Positions 1-12,000 of a stretch of 64,000 nucleotides of DNA are shown here, piece after piece. Position numbers and translations under genes: made by a program. Position 1 is the stretch's first letter, and every line of letters begins with the position of its first letter. The DNA lies in assembly GCA_030704615.1 (NCBI GenBank), contig CM060734.1:41974001-42038000 (forward strand). Reading direction: 5' to 3'. The stretch is from Takakia lepidozioides. Taxonomy: Eukaryota; Plantae; Bryophyta. Under the pieces are notes generated by a model that saw only the letters and a list, made by a program, of their open reading frames with translations, had not been told where the DNA came from and made no database searches.

Positions 1-500
1 ATTATCTGGCAGTAGATAAAACCACCCTTTCGGTGGATCTCTTCTACAACCAGCTTCCATCCCTCAAGGTGCGCATCAGTGTACAACCCTGGCGCTCGGA
101 TATAGCCCCTCCCATTGGCAGATGGAGCAGTACCTATCAAGCTCTTAACAGTCAGGAGCAAAGAGCAGCCAATCAACAGGATAGTATCTTCACACCACCT
201 CAATCCGAAACTAGTCTCTCAGGGCAGCCCATCCCCTGCCCCCACCTTTTCTCTCTGTCATGTGACAATCTCATTCATGTCAAATTAAGAAATGTGAAGT
301 GATATATTGAGCAGGGGTAGACCTTCTGCGACGATAAGGCCTCCTTCTGATGTGCGCTGAGAATAGTACTTCTTGTTCAAGTCTCGGGCTGCCTCTGTGA
401 TGGGATCATTCCGGGTCCGGGTCATTGCTGACATGACCACCCTATGTTTCAAAGTTATGTCACCTACTGGTGTAGGTGAGAGCAGATTGTCGTACCCCAT
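1..500 (-). CDS. OPR: 12-oxophytodienoate reductase / Old Yellow Enzyme family, 5' part (exon 1 500-323, exon 2 133-<1)
   Basis: ATG at 500: MGYDNLLSPTPVGDITLKHRVVMSAMTRTRNDP...YYSQRTSEGGLIVAE. GT donor at 322 and AG acceptor at 135-134. Exon 2 continues in phase: GTAPSANGRGYIRAPGLYTDAHLEGWKLVVEEIHRKGGFIYCQI, which are OYE FMN-binding motifs. Probable 5'UTR intron ~630-513. Confidence 0.93.
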
Positions 501-677
501 TGTACTATTTCTGCACCCCACACACACACAAAGTCGAGCCTCAATCGCTCCAAGTTTTCTGTCAAAAGGAGATTGTCAAAGCACTGTTGGTTGATGACTG
601 GGGCACTGATGTGCTTGGTGCTCCCCTTACCTTCAATGAGCTCCTGCTTCTACTTCACCAAAGATGAATCCACGCAC

Positions 678-680
<3 letters not shown>

Positions 681-766
<86 letters not shown>
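681..766. repeat. (GA)n/(CT)n microsatellite upstream of OPR
   Basis: Uninterrupted GA dinucleotide run of ~86 bp. Confidence 0.98.
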
Positions 767-769
<3 letters not shown>

Positions 770-2419
770 TGTGAGTTTCAGGACTAGGGAAGTTTTCACC
801 ATGTGTAACTCACTCACCATTTGTGGACATCATTACAGTTCTCGTAGAGATCTACATGATCCTGTTACTCACTACCACAAAAGTATTGCTAGTGACAGTT
901 GCCAACTAGGTCTCAAAACGATGTAGCAATGCCCATTGTCTTGCTTGCATCCTCGTCAACTCCCTGGTCAACACCACCTCTACCAGGGAAGATTACAACA
1001 TTACCGCACACTACAATCCTGATTAGCTATGTCCTAGTCGACACTCCCGCGAGCAATACAGATGGTGGAGCGAAAAATCCAGTATAGAATATCCCACCCC
1101 TCTCCAGGTGCTCCCTCAGGAATTCCCTCAGGAATTCGGATTTCAGAAGAAGCAGGCTATGTGTACAATGGCACTGTTCGTAGGTGCCTGAACAGAGAGA
1201 GAGAGAGAGAGAAGGGGGGTAAGTAAGAGCTAGTACATGATGACGCTACTTTATAGTTTATAGCTGGACTTAGTAGGAGAAATTAGAAGCGCACACCCAC
1301 CTTTCAGACTTCAAATCTATTGAAATCTCTTACACCTTTTTCTGCTCTCTACCGTCACCCTCAAAGTAGTTGTACTCTATCTGTTGTCTTCCATGTCTTT
1401 TAACTCCTGTAAGCCGCCTGCGGCCGTAATGCTCCTCCTCATTTCCTTTCTTTGAGCTGCGGACGTTATAGAGTACCGTTTCATTTCATTTCATTTCTTA
1501 TATCTCATCGCATTCAACTTAGAGCTACCGCGAACACAGTCACAAGAAACAAACTTACGGGATAAGTCGCAGCTGTAATGCCTCAAGTCAACTGAGCTCC
1601 AATCTTCACACCACTCCTTGAATACTCTCCTTCCTCACACTACCAGCGAGCAAGAGCGCTCTCCATCGGTGGGAACTGATATCTGGCAGCTGGGTCCCGC
1701 TGCCAGCTTCTTTATTGGCGATCCGATTCAATGAACGGCAACGTCTGATGTCTGATCACGAATGCCCGCATCTCCGTCGTTGACCTCGTAGGAAAGGCGC
1801 AATGAAGCTTCGTCAGCCCTGTGAACTCGTGCCTATTTCCGTGGTACCAGATCCTATTTCCACCACATAGACACTCAAATCAAGGAATGCCTTCCCCCAT
1901 ATAGAGAAGGAGGTAAGGAGAGAAAAGAGGGAAAGGGAGACTAGAAGGTACTCAACACATGGCTACAAATCCAAGTGGGTCTTTATCTATCCACACACTC
2001 GGAGCCTCATGTAAAATTTCAAATACTGAGAACCACCGGTTATGAAAATGTTTTCAAACTGGTCTCGCCGGGTTTTTTTTTCTTTTTTTCTTACCACCCA
2101 GCACTGACCATTGTCCATTTGTGGAATACCAACATCTACTATCATCTACAACCCCCGACAAATCAAGCACTAGTGGTTGTAGATGATTTGTCGAGGGTTG
2201 ATTTTGTGGGCAAACGGTATGCATAGGGGTACCAAATGCCCATGTCTTAATCCCCACTTGTTCAGCAAATACTTTAAAATAGATTTTTAGATCCTTTAAA
2301 ATTATACTTAGATGCTTTCACCTTTGATTTGTCGAGCATTTGGTACACGAAGGAATGCCGTATGACCACGTCCCTCGACAAATCAACCTACTTGTTCACA
2401 CCACTTATTTACAACATAG

Positions 2420-2588
2420 GCGTCAACAACGTAGGTGGCGCCAACAAGGTTCGTGGCGCCACTAAGGGAGCCGACTTCAACAAGGCTCGTGGTGCCAACA
2501 AGGCTCGTGGTGCCACTAAGGCACGCGGCGCCAACAAGGCTGTTGGCGATAACAAACTTAATGGTGCCAACAACGTTGGTGGTACAAC
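2420..2588. repeat. 18-bp degenerate minisatellite (~9 units, consensus GGTGCCAACAAGGCTCGT)
   Basis: Units visible directly; they translate as GANKVR/GATKGA/DFNKAR/GANKAR/GATKAR/GANKAV. Confidence 0.85.
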
Positions 2589-2658
2589 TTAGTTCAAATT
2601 GGCACAACCTAATTTTTGATTAATAAGTATATATATGTGCCCAAATCCCAGCATGGTA

Positions 2659-3890
2659 ATCTGTTGGCAAGGCCTTTTGGTACCCTTGAATTGCTGTGAG
2701 AGGCAACAACTCAGGATACTGGTGTGTGAGCAAAGCAATGTGGCGCATAGAAATACGCCGAGTAATCTCATCATTCTCTCCACATAAGTACTTTCGTACT
2801 TTAATATTTGCTTGCAACACTCCTGCAAGCCTAATGCTCATGCCTCCAAACATGTCTAGCAAACAAATCCCTGAAGAAGGTGGTTGCTAGGTAATGGGCA
2901 CTGTGTCCAAAAGAGCTAACTGAGGACGTCTGGGTGATGTCACTGAACTCCCCTCAGCCACCGATGGAAATGCCTCTTGCCTTGCTTGTTGTACACACTG
3001 GCTTGCCAACTGCTACAAATCCCCAATTGTACCCCACAGTGAGCTATGAACAGGTACATGAGGGAGCAACTCAACCTTGTATGCCAATTGCATCTCCTCA
3101 TTAGGTGGTGGGCTATCTTTTGCATGGCTATTGTCCTTCAATAACTCACCACCCCAAGTTACCACCCCTCAGAATGCAGTCAATATGGACCTCATGTTCC
3201 TATGATCCACCGCTATATTCCCAATAAACCGCATTGGGAGCAGTGCACGTCGATCATCCCCTGACTACCATTCCGGCATGTAGGATCCACCGCTACATTA
3301 TCAATAAACCGCATTGGGAACAGTGCACGTCGATCATCCCCTGACTGCCACTCCGGCCTGTAGGATGTCGTTTCCTTCCAAAAATCTAGAATAAATCTCA
3401 TGGGATACAACACCGCCCCACCAACAAGTACATCGTATGACATCGCGTCAGTAACAATGGCTTTGGCTCTAATGACTGAGCCGTCCGTAGGATGATCCGG
3501 CTGCAATCGAATGAAGAGCTCATGACGTGTGATCCCTCGCGCCTTCTCTGAACCACCAAAAGATGTTTGAATTTGAAAAGGGCAAGGCTCCAAATCCGCC
3601 TCCGTAAGGCCCAAGCCTGCGACTGCTGCTCTCCCCAACATCAATGGTTGTGCTCCCGAATCCAACAAGACTCGCAGTGGCCTATACCTTTTCGGCTTGG
3701 CCACTCAACTGAAACACTCCATCCTGATTGTCCACCAATTAGGGATCGTTCTTCCAAATACCTCCAACTCGTTGGAATCTTCGAAATGAGCAATGGAAGG
3801 CATGACATGATCTTTCACAGATAAATTCAAAGTAATAAGAGTTTTGGCTCTAAGTCTATGGAGATTGTCGACTTGTTCAAAATTCAAAGG
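2659..3890 (-). mobile_element. Decayed retrotransposon pol fragment: retropepsin-like aspartic protease followed by the N-terminus of a DNA cytosine-5 methyltransferase
   Basis: 3704-3213: RVLLDSGAQPLMLG...YDVLVGGAVLYP (D-S-G protease). ~2910-2659: PIT*QPPSSGICLLDMFGGMSIRLAGVLQANIKVRKYLCGEND, resembling DNMT motif I/II. Stops and frameshifts are present. Confidence 0.75.
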
Positions 3891-4559
3891 ATCGATAACT
3901 CTAATGGGGTTGAGATGATCGACTATGTCCCAAACATTATCTCTCGTGAGGATTTTTTTGATCCTAAATTTCCATGCTGAATATGAGTTGTCACCGTATA
4001 TGAGCTGTGCTCACCGTTCAATACATGCAAACATAAAGAGAATCTTGATTGTGCAGAGCTTAGCTCACACTCTACAATACTATATGCCCATTGAGATTCC
4101 TCAGATCTACTACCATAAAGACACAGTTGAACAACACAGAAGGTGATCACCGCAACTGTTCCATCTTAGATTAATGAGCTGGGTAAAGACACACTTAAAC
4201 AACGCAAAAGGTGATCAGCGCAACTAATCCCATCTTAGATTAGCGAGTAGGGTGACATGCAGTTTGGCTGGAAGCCACCAACTACTAGTAATCATGACAC
4301 TTCAGTTGAACTCCAGACCTGCCTAAACTGAATGGTCTATACCTACAAAACTAACTCTTTGTACATGAAGTTAGGTGTATATATCCAACATGGATGCTGC
4401 AAAAGAGTGATTTAAGGTTGAAATCAGTTGTGTCTGATGTAGGCACCAACAGCACTAGATCAGTGTCTTTGTATGTGTGGGAGTACATGGTCTGACAAAG
4501 AGTGCTAAGTGAGGGCAAGGAAATTGTGACTTGACCACCACATGAAGTGTATAATACAA

Positions 4560-6447
4560 TCACTGCAGCTTCTCAAATCCCTGAGTCTCAGGGAGCGGTG
4601 CCAGCTCCATCTGTACTTTATTATCTTGTTCTTGAACTTCCAGGTATATTGGATCCACCTTGATATCACTGTTTACATGTACCTACAAGCCACATTTACA
4701 ATGCAACTGCAAGGTTAGAAATTGGAACAATAGCAAGGTGATTATGCAGCATAGCTACCAGTCCCCTCCTTCAAGATCTACTTGGACAATATTGACATTT
4801 TAAGTGGGCTGGCTCTGAAGTCCCTGAAATCAAACACTTCATTCCAGCAAGAATTTTGACATTGCTGTTATCACCTGAGGTTGTATGTGTAAAGGGAGCC
4901 CTTACTAGTATCAGCTCATGAGCCTGAATGGAAGGTTCAACTTCACTGTTGGAAAGAACTGGCCGGCCCCATAGGAAGTGTTTCAGACCATTAATGATGC
5001 ATACAAACACTGAATTCCTCTGACTCGAGCTGCATGAGATCTTGAGGATGTCACATGTAAGTTTCCACGTTTTAACCTACCATGAAAACTACCTGGACAG
5101 TTCACAGTTAATACTCTCATAATTTCTTGGGTACTCCCACCTGCGTGACAGGACCATTTCAGGCCTTTAGCCCCCCTTTTTAATGGGTATCTCAACTGGC
5201 CCTTGGCCTGATTCCAATAGCTCTGGGCTTCTGAGGATGTCATAAAGTGCCTTCTTCTAATTTTCTTTCATTATCAGAGAGTTTATTTGGAACAGATCTC
5301 ACAGTCCTTTTGCGTGTTGCATGATTTTGACAAACTACAGGGCCAGGGATTTAAAGGTTACTGATGGCAATACTCTGTGGTGGAGTATGGACTGGAAAAT
5401 TCCATAGTAGATTGCTCATCAAAAATCTCTGTCAATACTCCTGCGGATATCTCGCTGAAACCCTGGCCGATTGCTTCCGAATCAGTTGCTTACTTATACA
5501 CTTTCTGTATGGCTTCCGAGAGTATCTTGGTGTGAGGACTCTCAAGGTAAGCTGAAAGTTCTCCAGCAGCCAATTATTTTCTCTGGACCCAGTACTGCCG
5601 ATTCCTTCCATGACTGCAGTCAATTAAGTAACTAAGGCACAAATTGCATGGACAGAAGCATACCTTAAAATGGTGCTTGAATCTCCAGACTACAGCATAG
5701 CCAGAAATGGTGACAACCGAGTGCATTGTCATTTCTCGACGAGTGACGTCAGAGAGGAGGTCCGTCAGGTGGTTGGTCATTTTGAGTCCATCTAGTTTAG
5801 CGGGCACTTCCAGCACTTGCTGGCTTCGAGCTGCTTGGCTTCCTGCCTCTACCTGTACTTGCATCAGTCAGCAGTCAGACAGGCACCCCTCATTTGTCAC
5901 ACTGCAACCCAACTGGAGGTTGAGGCATGGGCATTGATTGAAAACAAGGTGCTCAACAGTCACAAGATCTCACCGTGGCTTGCCCAAGAAGGGTTCCTCG
6001 GTAGTAGATGTCCATGACGGTGCTGGTGTACTGGATGGGCGCCACATTGGGATTGGTCACTTTAATGTTCAACGTCAAGGACACATCCACCACAGCAATC
6101 GGCACCAGTGACTCTGTACTCCACCGCAGATTGAACCCACTGAGCTTGATGGACTCGACCTCGAAGATGGGGTCCCGCGGTCTTATTGAGTATAGCGCAG
6201 CACCCACACTCCCCAATCCTACCACTGCCGCTACACCCACAAGCGCCATTTTACCCTTCCTCCTTCTCCTCCAATTCTCTGCGGCTTCACCTCCCTTCTC
6301 CCTCTCCGAATCTACGTCACTAGGTTTCCTGTTTGCTCCACAAATCTTTTCCTCCTCCATATTCAGTCTTTCTTTCACTCTGCTGCTCAACAAACATTTG
6401 TCGCAGTACATGCTTCTTGATGACACGCGGCACTGTCTGCACTCCAT
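4560..6447 (-). CDS. LEA_2 / WHy-domain protein (At3g44380-like), 3 exons: 6447-5974, 5852-5664, 4682-4560
   Basis: TM segment, then PRDPIFEV...VTNPNVAPIQY...IYYRGTLLGQAT | VEAGSQAARSQQVLEVPAKLDG...FKHHFK | VHVNSDIKVDPIYLEVQEQDNK...*. All introns are GT-AG and in phase. The start could instead be the ATG at 6360. Confidence 0.9.
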
Positions 6448-6959
6448 CAAGGATACTCAGCACGTGTCGCCATCCAAGTGCGACAGCTGGGGTGAGGCAG
6501 TTTGTTCTTTGTTCCTAAGTATACCAGTGAAGTCCTTTCTTATTACGATGAGCACCTTAGCCTCTACAAGCTCTCAAGGGTAGGTAGGTAGTGTGCATCT
6601 TTGGAGAAATACCATTTTTGATGCTCCTTACAATTGCAAACTCTTGTAGACAGAATTTTTTTAGCTTTCTTTCACATATATATGACTACTTGTGGTGTTT
6701 TGACACAAGGTTCGCGGCTTGCCAATTCTGGTGGACTTGCTTTCAGCTTAGTCTCTACAATCTCAGCTCATCCCATCTTCCAACTTGAAGGTTATGTTTT
6801 CTTGGGTCTTTAATCTAATTGGGCAGGGTCCCTTCACCCCTTCAATGTGAGATGAAAGAGGAAAGAAAGAAAAACATCAGATTAATTATGCTTAAGTTTT
6901 TCTCTGATCTGATGACTGAGGAGTGCAAAGCGTGGGTTTCCTTGCAATCAGTTTTTTCC

Positions 6960-7190
6960 AGGTGCAGCGAAAGGAGATGGAGGCAACTGCTTGCTGACTC
7001 CGACCTCACCTGGGCTAAGGACATTGATCGCCTCTGCACCCGCCTCTCATACTAGAGTCATTGGAACGATGTCCTCCCCAATCAATGGGAAGTCCCCGGG
7101 TGATGTGTAGGACCCGGAGCGCACTTAGATTTTGCTGCTCTCTATGTTCACTGGACGTTAAAGAAACTTTATCTTTATCTTTATCTTTAT
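6960..7190 (+). mobile_element. Probable 3' end of a non-LTR retroelement with a (CTTTAT)n tail
   Basis: TTCACTGGACGTTAAAGAAA is followed by (CTTTAT)4 at 7147-7190. The same motif and tail recur inverted at 35191-35227. The left boundary is a guess. Confidence 0.5.
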
Positions 7191-7912
7191 GTTCTTCCTT
7201 TACTCCCCTGGCTGGCCCGTGGGCCTTTTTTTCATCTTTCACAGCTCTTCTTCTCCCCCCTCTTTAGTTTTTTCGGTCACTGCGTGTTCCCCATGCGTTA
7301 AAGCTTTTACGGCCCCATGGAGGTTATTTTTTTCCTCCTTATCTTTCCTTCAAAAATATTTGGAGAATAAAAGAAAATAAAAGAAAATAAAGAAAAACCG
7401 ACCCCTCTGATAACAACCGATGAATGAAGTGTGCCATCCATCTACTGGCAACGAATAATCCGGAGTTTGGATGAGGATTATGATATGCTTATCTAGTTTG
7501 TATTTAGGACGTACCGCTTATCAAGCATCGTATTTACATCGCTAACCTCCAGAATCCAGCTGTCCATTTATAACTCGACACATGGCCCGACTTTACGCTC
7601 CTACGCGCCGGTTCCTGTTCCGCCACGTGGCAAGAATGGAATGTTTGGCTTTCTCGAAAATATGTAGGTTTTTTCTGCAAGAACCGTGTTTTTAATTACT
7701 TGTTTGGAAGTTGGGCGCACTTTATGCATTTGGCCGGTTTTTGGTCCAAGTTTGTAAAAGCGCACTCCTCATATTGTGGGAAATTTATTTTCAAATATCT
7801 GATTATTCAGAAAAGCCGGCTGATATTTATAACGTTGGTGACTCTCCTAACCGGTGGTCTCCTCGTGACCGGGATGAAGTGTTGGAAGGCACCGCAACAC
7901 CTCAGTATATAC

Positions 7913-8375
7913 CAGTGTTGGACTGGTATCAAGTCTGGTCCTGGTACCAGGCGTATCACAAAGTTTTCATACCAGTCTGGTCTATATGATGGTGGATGTA
8001 TATTTTTCCAGATACTGGTATGAGTATGAGTATCATGACCACAATACCAGCTGGTATGAGATATCAACTCTGGTATCATCCTTTATGTGTATTATATTTA
8101 TTTTCACTTGATACTTGCTATTTGATAAACTTGTAATTCAAGATGGCTTTAGAAGTAAATATACATAAATACAAATATGTACACATAAATTAATATGGTA
8201 CACATACCAGAGTAAATGAGGTAGACCGCGGGGGAGTACTGGTATTGTGGCTGGTATGAAAAAACTGATACCAGCCTGGTCTGGTATATGACCAAGTATT
8301 CTCCCAAACGATACCAGACTGGTCTAGTATCCAATACCAGTGCATACACCAGTACTTTATACCAGTCCAACACTG
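7913..8375. mobile_element. hAT-type MITE (463 bp) with 8-bp target site duplication GTATATAC
   Basis: TIR CAGTGTTGGACTGGTAT at 7913 and its reverse complement ending at 8375. GTATATAC flanks both sides (7905-7912 and 8376-8383). Many internal ATACCAG/CTGGTAT subterminal repeats. Confidence 0.88.
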
Positions 8376-9033
8376 GTATATACACTCTCACCCTCAACTT
8401 CCAACCTTCATGGCATCTTTTTTAAACGAAGAAAGGAATTGTTCTTGGAATTTCTTTGTAAGAGTTAATTATCGTGTGTATAGTACACAGCTCACAAGGC
8501 AAGTTTAGGTAGAGTAAAGGTAAGGGTGGATGTTGGACGGCTTCTACTTTCATCCATATGTGCCATTTCACATCCACATACGGCGGAAAATGGATGCCTA
8601 TAACGAGATTTATAGTCCAGGACGCCGATATTCATCCATCGTGTACCGGAAGTTGCCTGTAAATATTCGACGAAACTGCGGAGGCAAAGTGACGACCTGG
8701 TCGGTCACTTGCTTTGCCGGTGCACGCTACGGACCGGGCTTCCATCCAACGGCGCGAAGCTTCCTCGGGGATAAGCACGTGTGATCGGCGGCTAAGGGGT
8801 AAGGAGCTGGCCACGTAGTAGGGGTAGCGCGGAGCATTATCTGGGCAGCACAGTGCGCTCTGTCTTGTGGCCGTGCTTGGGGTGTTGCAGCGTCCACGGA
8901 CTCGGCTCTCTGCTTTAGGGTATCTTGCGAGCTGCAGGCGTGGCCCAGTGTTGTGTGAAGCATTCGGAGTAGCCACACGGATTGCCATCGCAGGGACTGT
9001 GGATGCGCATCTGAAGCCGGCAGCTAGCGAAAC

Positions 9034-12000
9034 ATGGCGGGGGCTTTGGCTCGCTCTCCCGCTCTACCGGCTGCTGTTGAATCGCAGCATCGCCAGCTTC
9101 ATGGCTGCAGACAATCTACAAGGGTTGTATCAGCTAGAGTGAGATTGGCAGGCGGAACGGGTAGACAGGTTAGGTCGTTCTCCAATGCGTTGCCATCTGG
9201 AAGAGGTTTCCAGTCCTTCTCAGGTATCCGCCGTGCATCGTCGATTGATGCGCTGACTGTCAGACAAGGAAAGGATTTTCACTCTGCAGTTGCTGCTGCA
9301 GTTTGTATAAATTCTTCAGGATGGCGGGCGAAGCGTGGGGTTGCCACTGCCATGTTTGAGCGGTTTACAGAGAAGGCGATTAAGGTCATCATGTTGGCTC
9401 AGGAGGAAGCCAGGCGTTTGGGCCACAATTTTGTTGGCACGGAACAGATTCTCTTGGGCCTCATTGGAGAGGGCACTGGGATTGCAGCCAAGGTTTTGAA
9501 GTCCATGGGCGTGAACTTGAAGGAAGCGCGCGTGGAGGTAGAGAAGATTATTGGCCGGGGTAGCGGATTTGTGGCGGTGGAGATTCCCTTCACCCCTCGC
9601 GCCAAGCGTGTCTTGGAGCTCTCGTTGGAGGAAGCCCGGCAGCTTGGTAGGTTCCTGTCAATCTCTTTGTTGGGTTTTCAGAGATTCCCAGGAGCTGGCT
9701 GAAGAGCATGACGGTCGTACACGGTTGTATGTCAGGATAATATTCTTCTTCTTTTGGTTATATGAGAGTTCCTTCTGTGGATCAGGAACTCATTTGTATC
9801 AGAGTGCTCAGGAATCTAGTACTTGGGGGTAGACATTTCCATGGCCCGAGGCCATGGAGGTGTGGTTAAGAATTTACCCAGCTTGTGGGGCCTCACCTTG
9901 GCACAACCACTCCCAATTGAAGGAAGCATGGGAAAATGTGACTTCCATATGCATTCCTAAGGGGATTGGAGGGCCTGTCATGCTATGTAGGATTGGAAGA
10001 TCTAGTGAGGTATTCAATAGCCCAAAAAAGTCTGTCTAGTGAGAATTGGAAGAATTTGTTGAGCATCAAGCAGCCAGAGTCAGAGCAATCTTTGTGACCT
10101 TTACAAAGTTCCCCCTCGCTATTAAGTTTGGAGAGTCTGGAATGCACAAGGGTATGCCGGTACTGAAGCTGATAAGAAAGTATCTGGCATAGTGATGAAG
10201 ATCAGTAGAAGTGCACAGCCTTGTAGATAAATGCCATTTTTCTCATACTGTTGTTTAAATGATCATGTGTCCATTCAAGCTGACATTGTTTGACTGAGGA
10301 GAAGGTCTGGTGCATTGTTTGCAGGGCATAACTACATAGGAACAGAGCATTTGCTCCTTGGGTTGTTGCGAGAGGGAGAGGGTGTTGCTGCTCGTGTCCT
10401 TGAAAATCTTGGAGCAGACCCCAGCAACATTCGCACACAGGCATGTGCTTATTAGTGATGCTAGGCAGTGATGGCATATCTTTTGAGGTGCATCTCTTAA
10501 TTTAAATTTAGATCACTGGATAGTTTGAGAAATTGTTTTGCTCTTTGAAATCAAAAGCTAGATGTGTACCTTGTATATCTATTGGACACTGGTTCTCAAG
10601 CCCAATTTGGTTAGAATTTACTGGTTGAATTGGTCTTGTATGTGTAATTAGTAAGATTTATGGGTGTTTGGAACCGGAAATGGGGAAAGATTTCAGGCGT
10701 TGTTTGACACTTGTTTCCTGACTGAGGATTATTGCTTTGGGATTGACAGGTTATTCGCATGGTAGGAGAGAGTACCGAGTCAGTGGGTGCCGGAGTGGGT
10801 GGTGGCAGCAGCAGTAATAAGATGCCTACATTGGAGGAGTACGGCACCAATTTGACCAAGCTTGCAGAAGATGTGAGTTTATCTGTGAAATTCACTACAC
10901 ATGAGTTGTCAAGATAGCAATTATATCTGAATATACAGGTGATTTTGTGAGGGTGAAGGACATTGTGATTGTGTGGTCTGAGGGAAAATAACCACCCCTG
11001 AGGAGCTACGACATTGCAGCCTTTTCTGGACAGTTCTTGTGGGAGTGGCTTCACACAAGATTGGTGAACAAGTCATTGGGTCATGTGACGGTCGCAGCAG
11101 GTCTCTGGAGGACTGCTTGGAATCCTTAGTTTGGCTGTGTACTATCACCCAATTCAATACTTAGGCAGGGCGGTTCAATGTTTCTGATTTGAGCTTTGAA
11201 GTTCTGTGACTCAACCCTTGGTGTGTTGGACATGGTGAGAGGTGTATGAGTATGTTTGATCTTCCTCTGTGATGGTTCAGGGTAAGCTGGATCCAGTTGT
11301 GGGTAGGCAACCGCAAATTGAACGTGTGACTCAGATACTGGGTCGACGTACCAAGAACAATCCTTGTCTCATTGGAGAGCCTGGTGTCGGAAAGACAGCC
11401 ATTGCAGAGGGGCTTGCGCAACGTATCGCTACAGGAGATGTGCCTGAGACTATTGAGGGGAAGAAGGTCAGTGGTTGAAGGTTTCATGCGACTACATGTT
11501 TCACCTCTTTTGCTTTTGCTTGAGTTGTGATTTCTTCTGGAGTAATCAAACTAAAATTTGCTGGTGATAAGCAGCAACTTTTACCATGTCTGTTTAAATG
11601 TGTAGGATGGAGTTGTGAAATAGCCGCACATCTTGGATACAGTCCCCTGACAAAAGCTGCATTTCATCAAATTTCACCAGTGCTGACATTTCTTATCTTA
11701 CACATGTGTTACTCTCTCACAAATTTGGATTTAATGTTGAACTGGCAGGTTATTACATTAGACATGGGTTTGTTGGTTGCTGGAACAAAGTACCGAGGAG
11801 AGTTTGAAGAGAGGTTAAAGAAGCTGATGGAGGAGATCAAGCAGGCAGATGACATCATCCTGGTCATTGATGAGGTTCACACGCTTATTGGAGCCGGTGC
11901 TGCAGAGGGCGCCATTGATGCTGCCAATATTCTGAAGCCTGCACTTGCTCGTGGTGAACTTCAGGTAACTTCCTGCCATGGTGGTCTCTCGCTGCATCTG

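Noticed and set aside
573-926. 117-aa ORF with a poly-ER tract
   Set aside because: It is a translation of the (GA)n microsatellite.
9854-10039. [16 protein letters not shown] resembling the L1 W..IC.PK..GGLG motif in ClpC intron 1
   Set aside because: Too short and degenerate to support a call.
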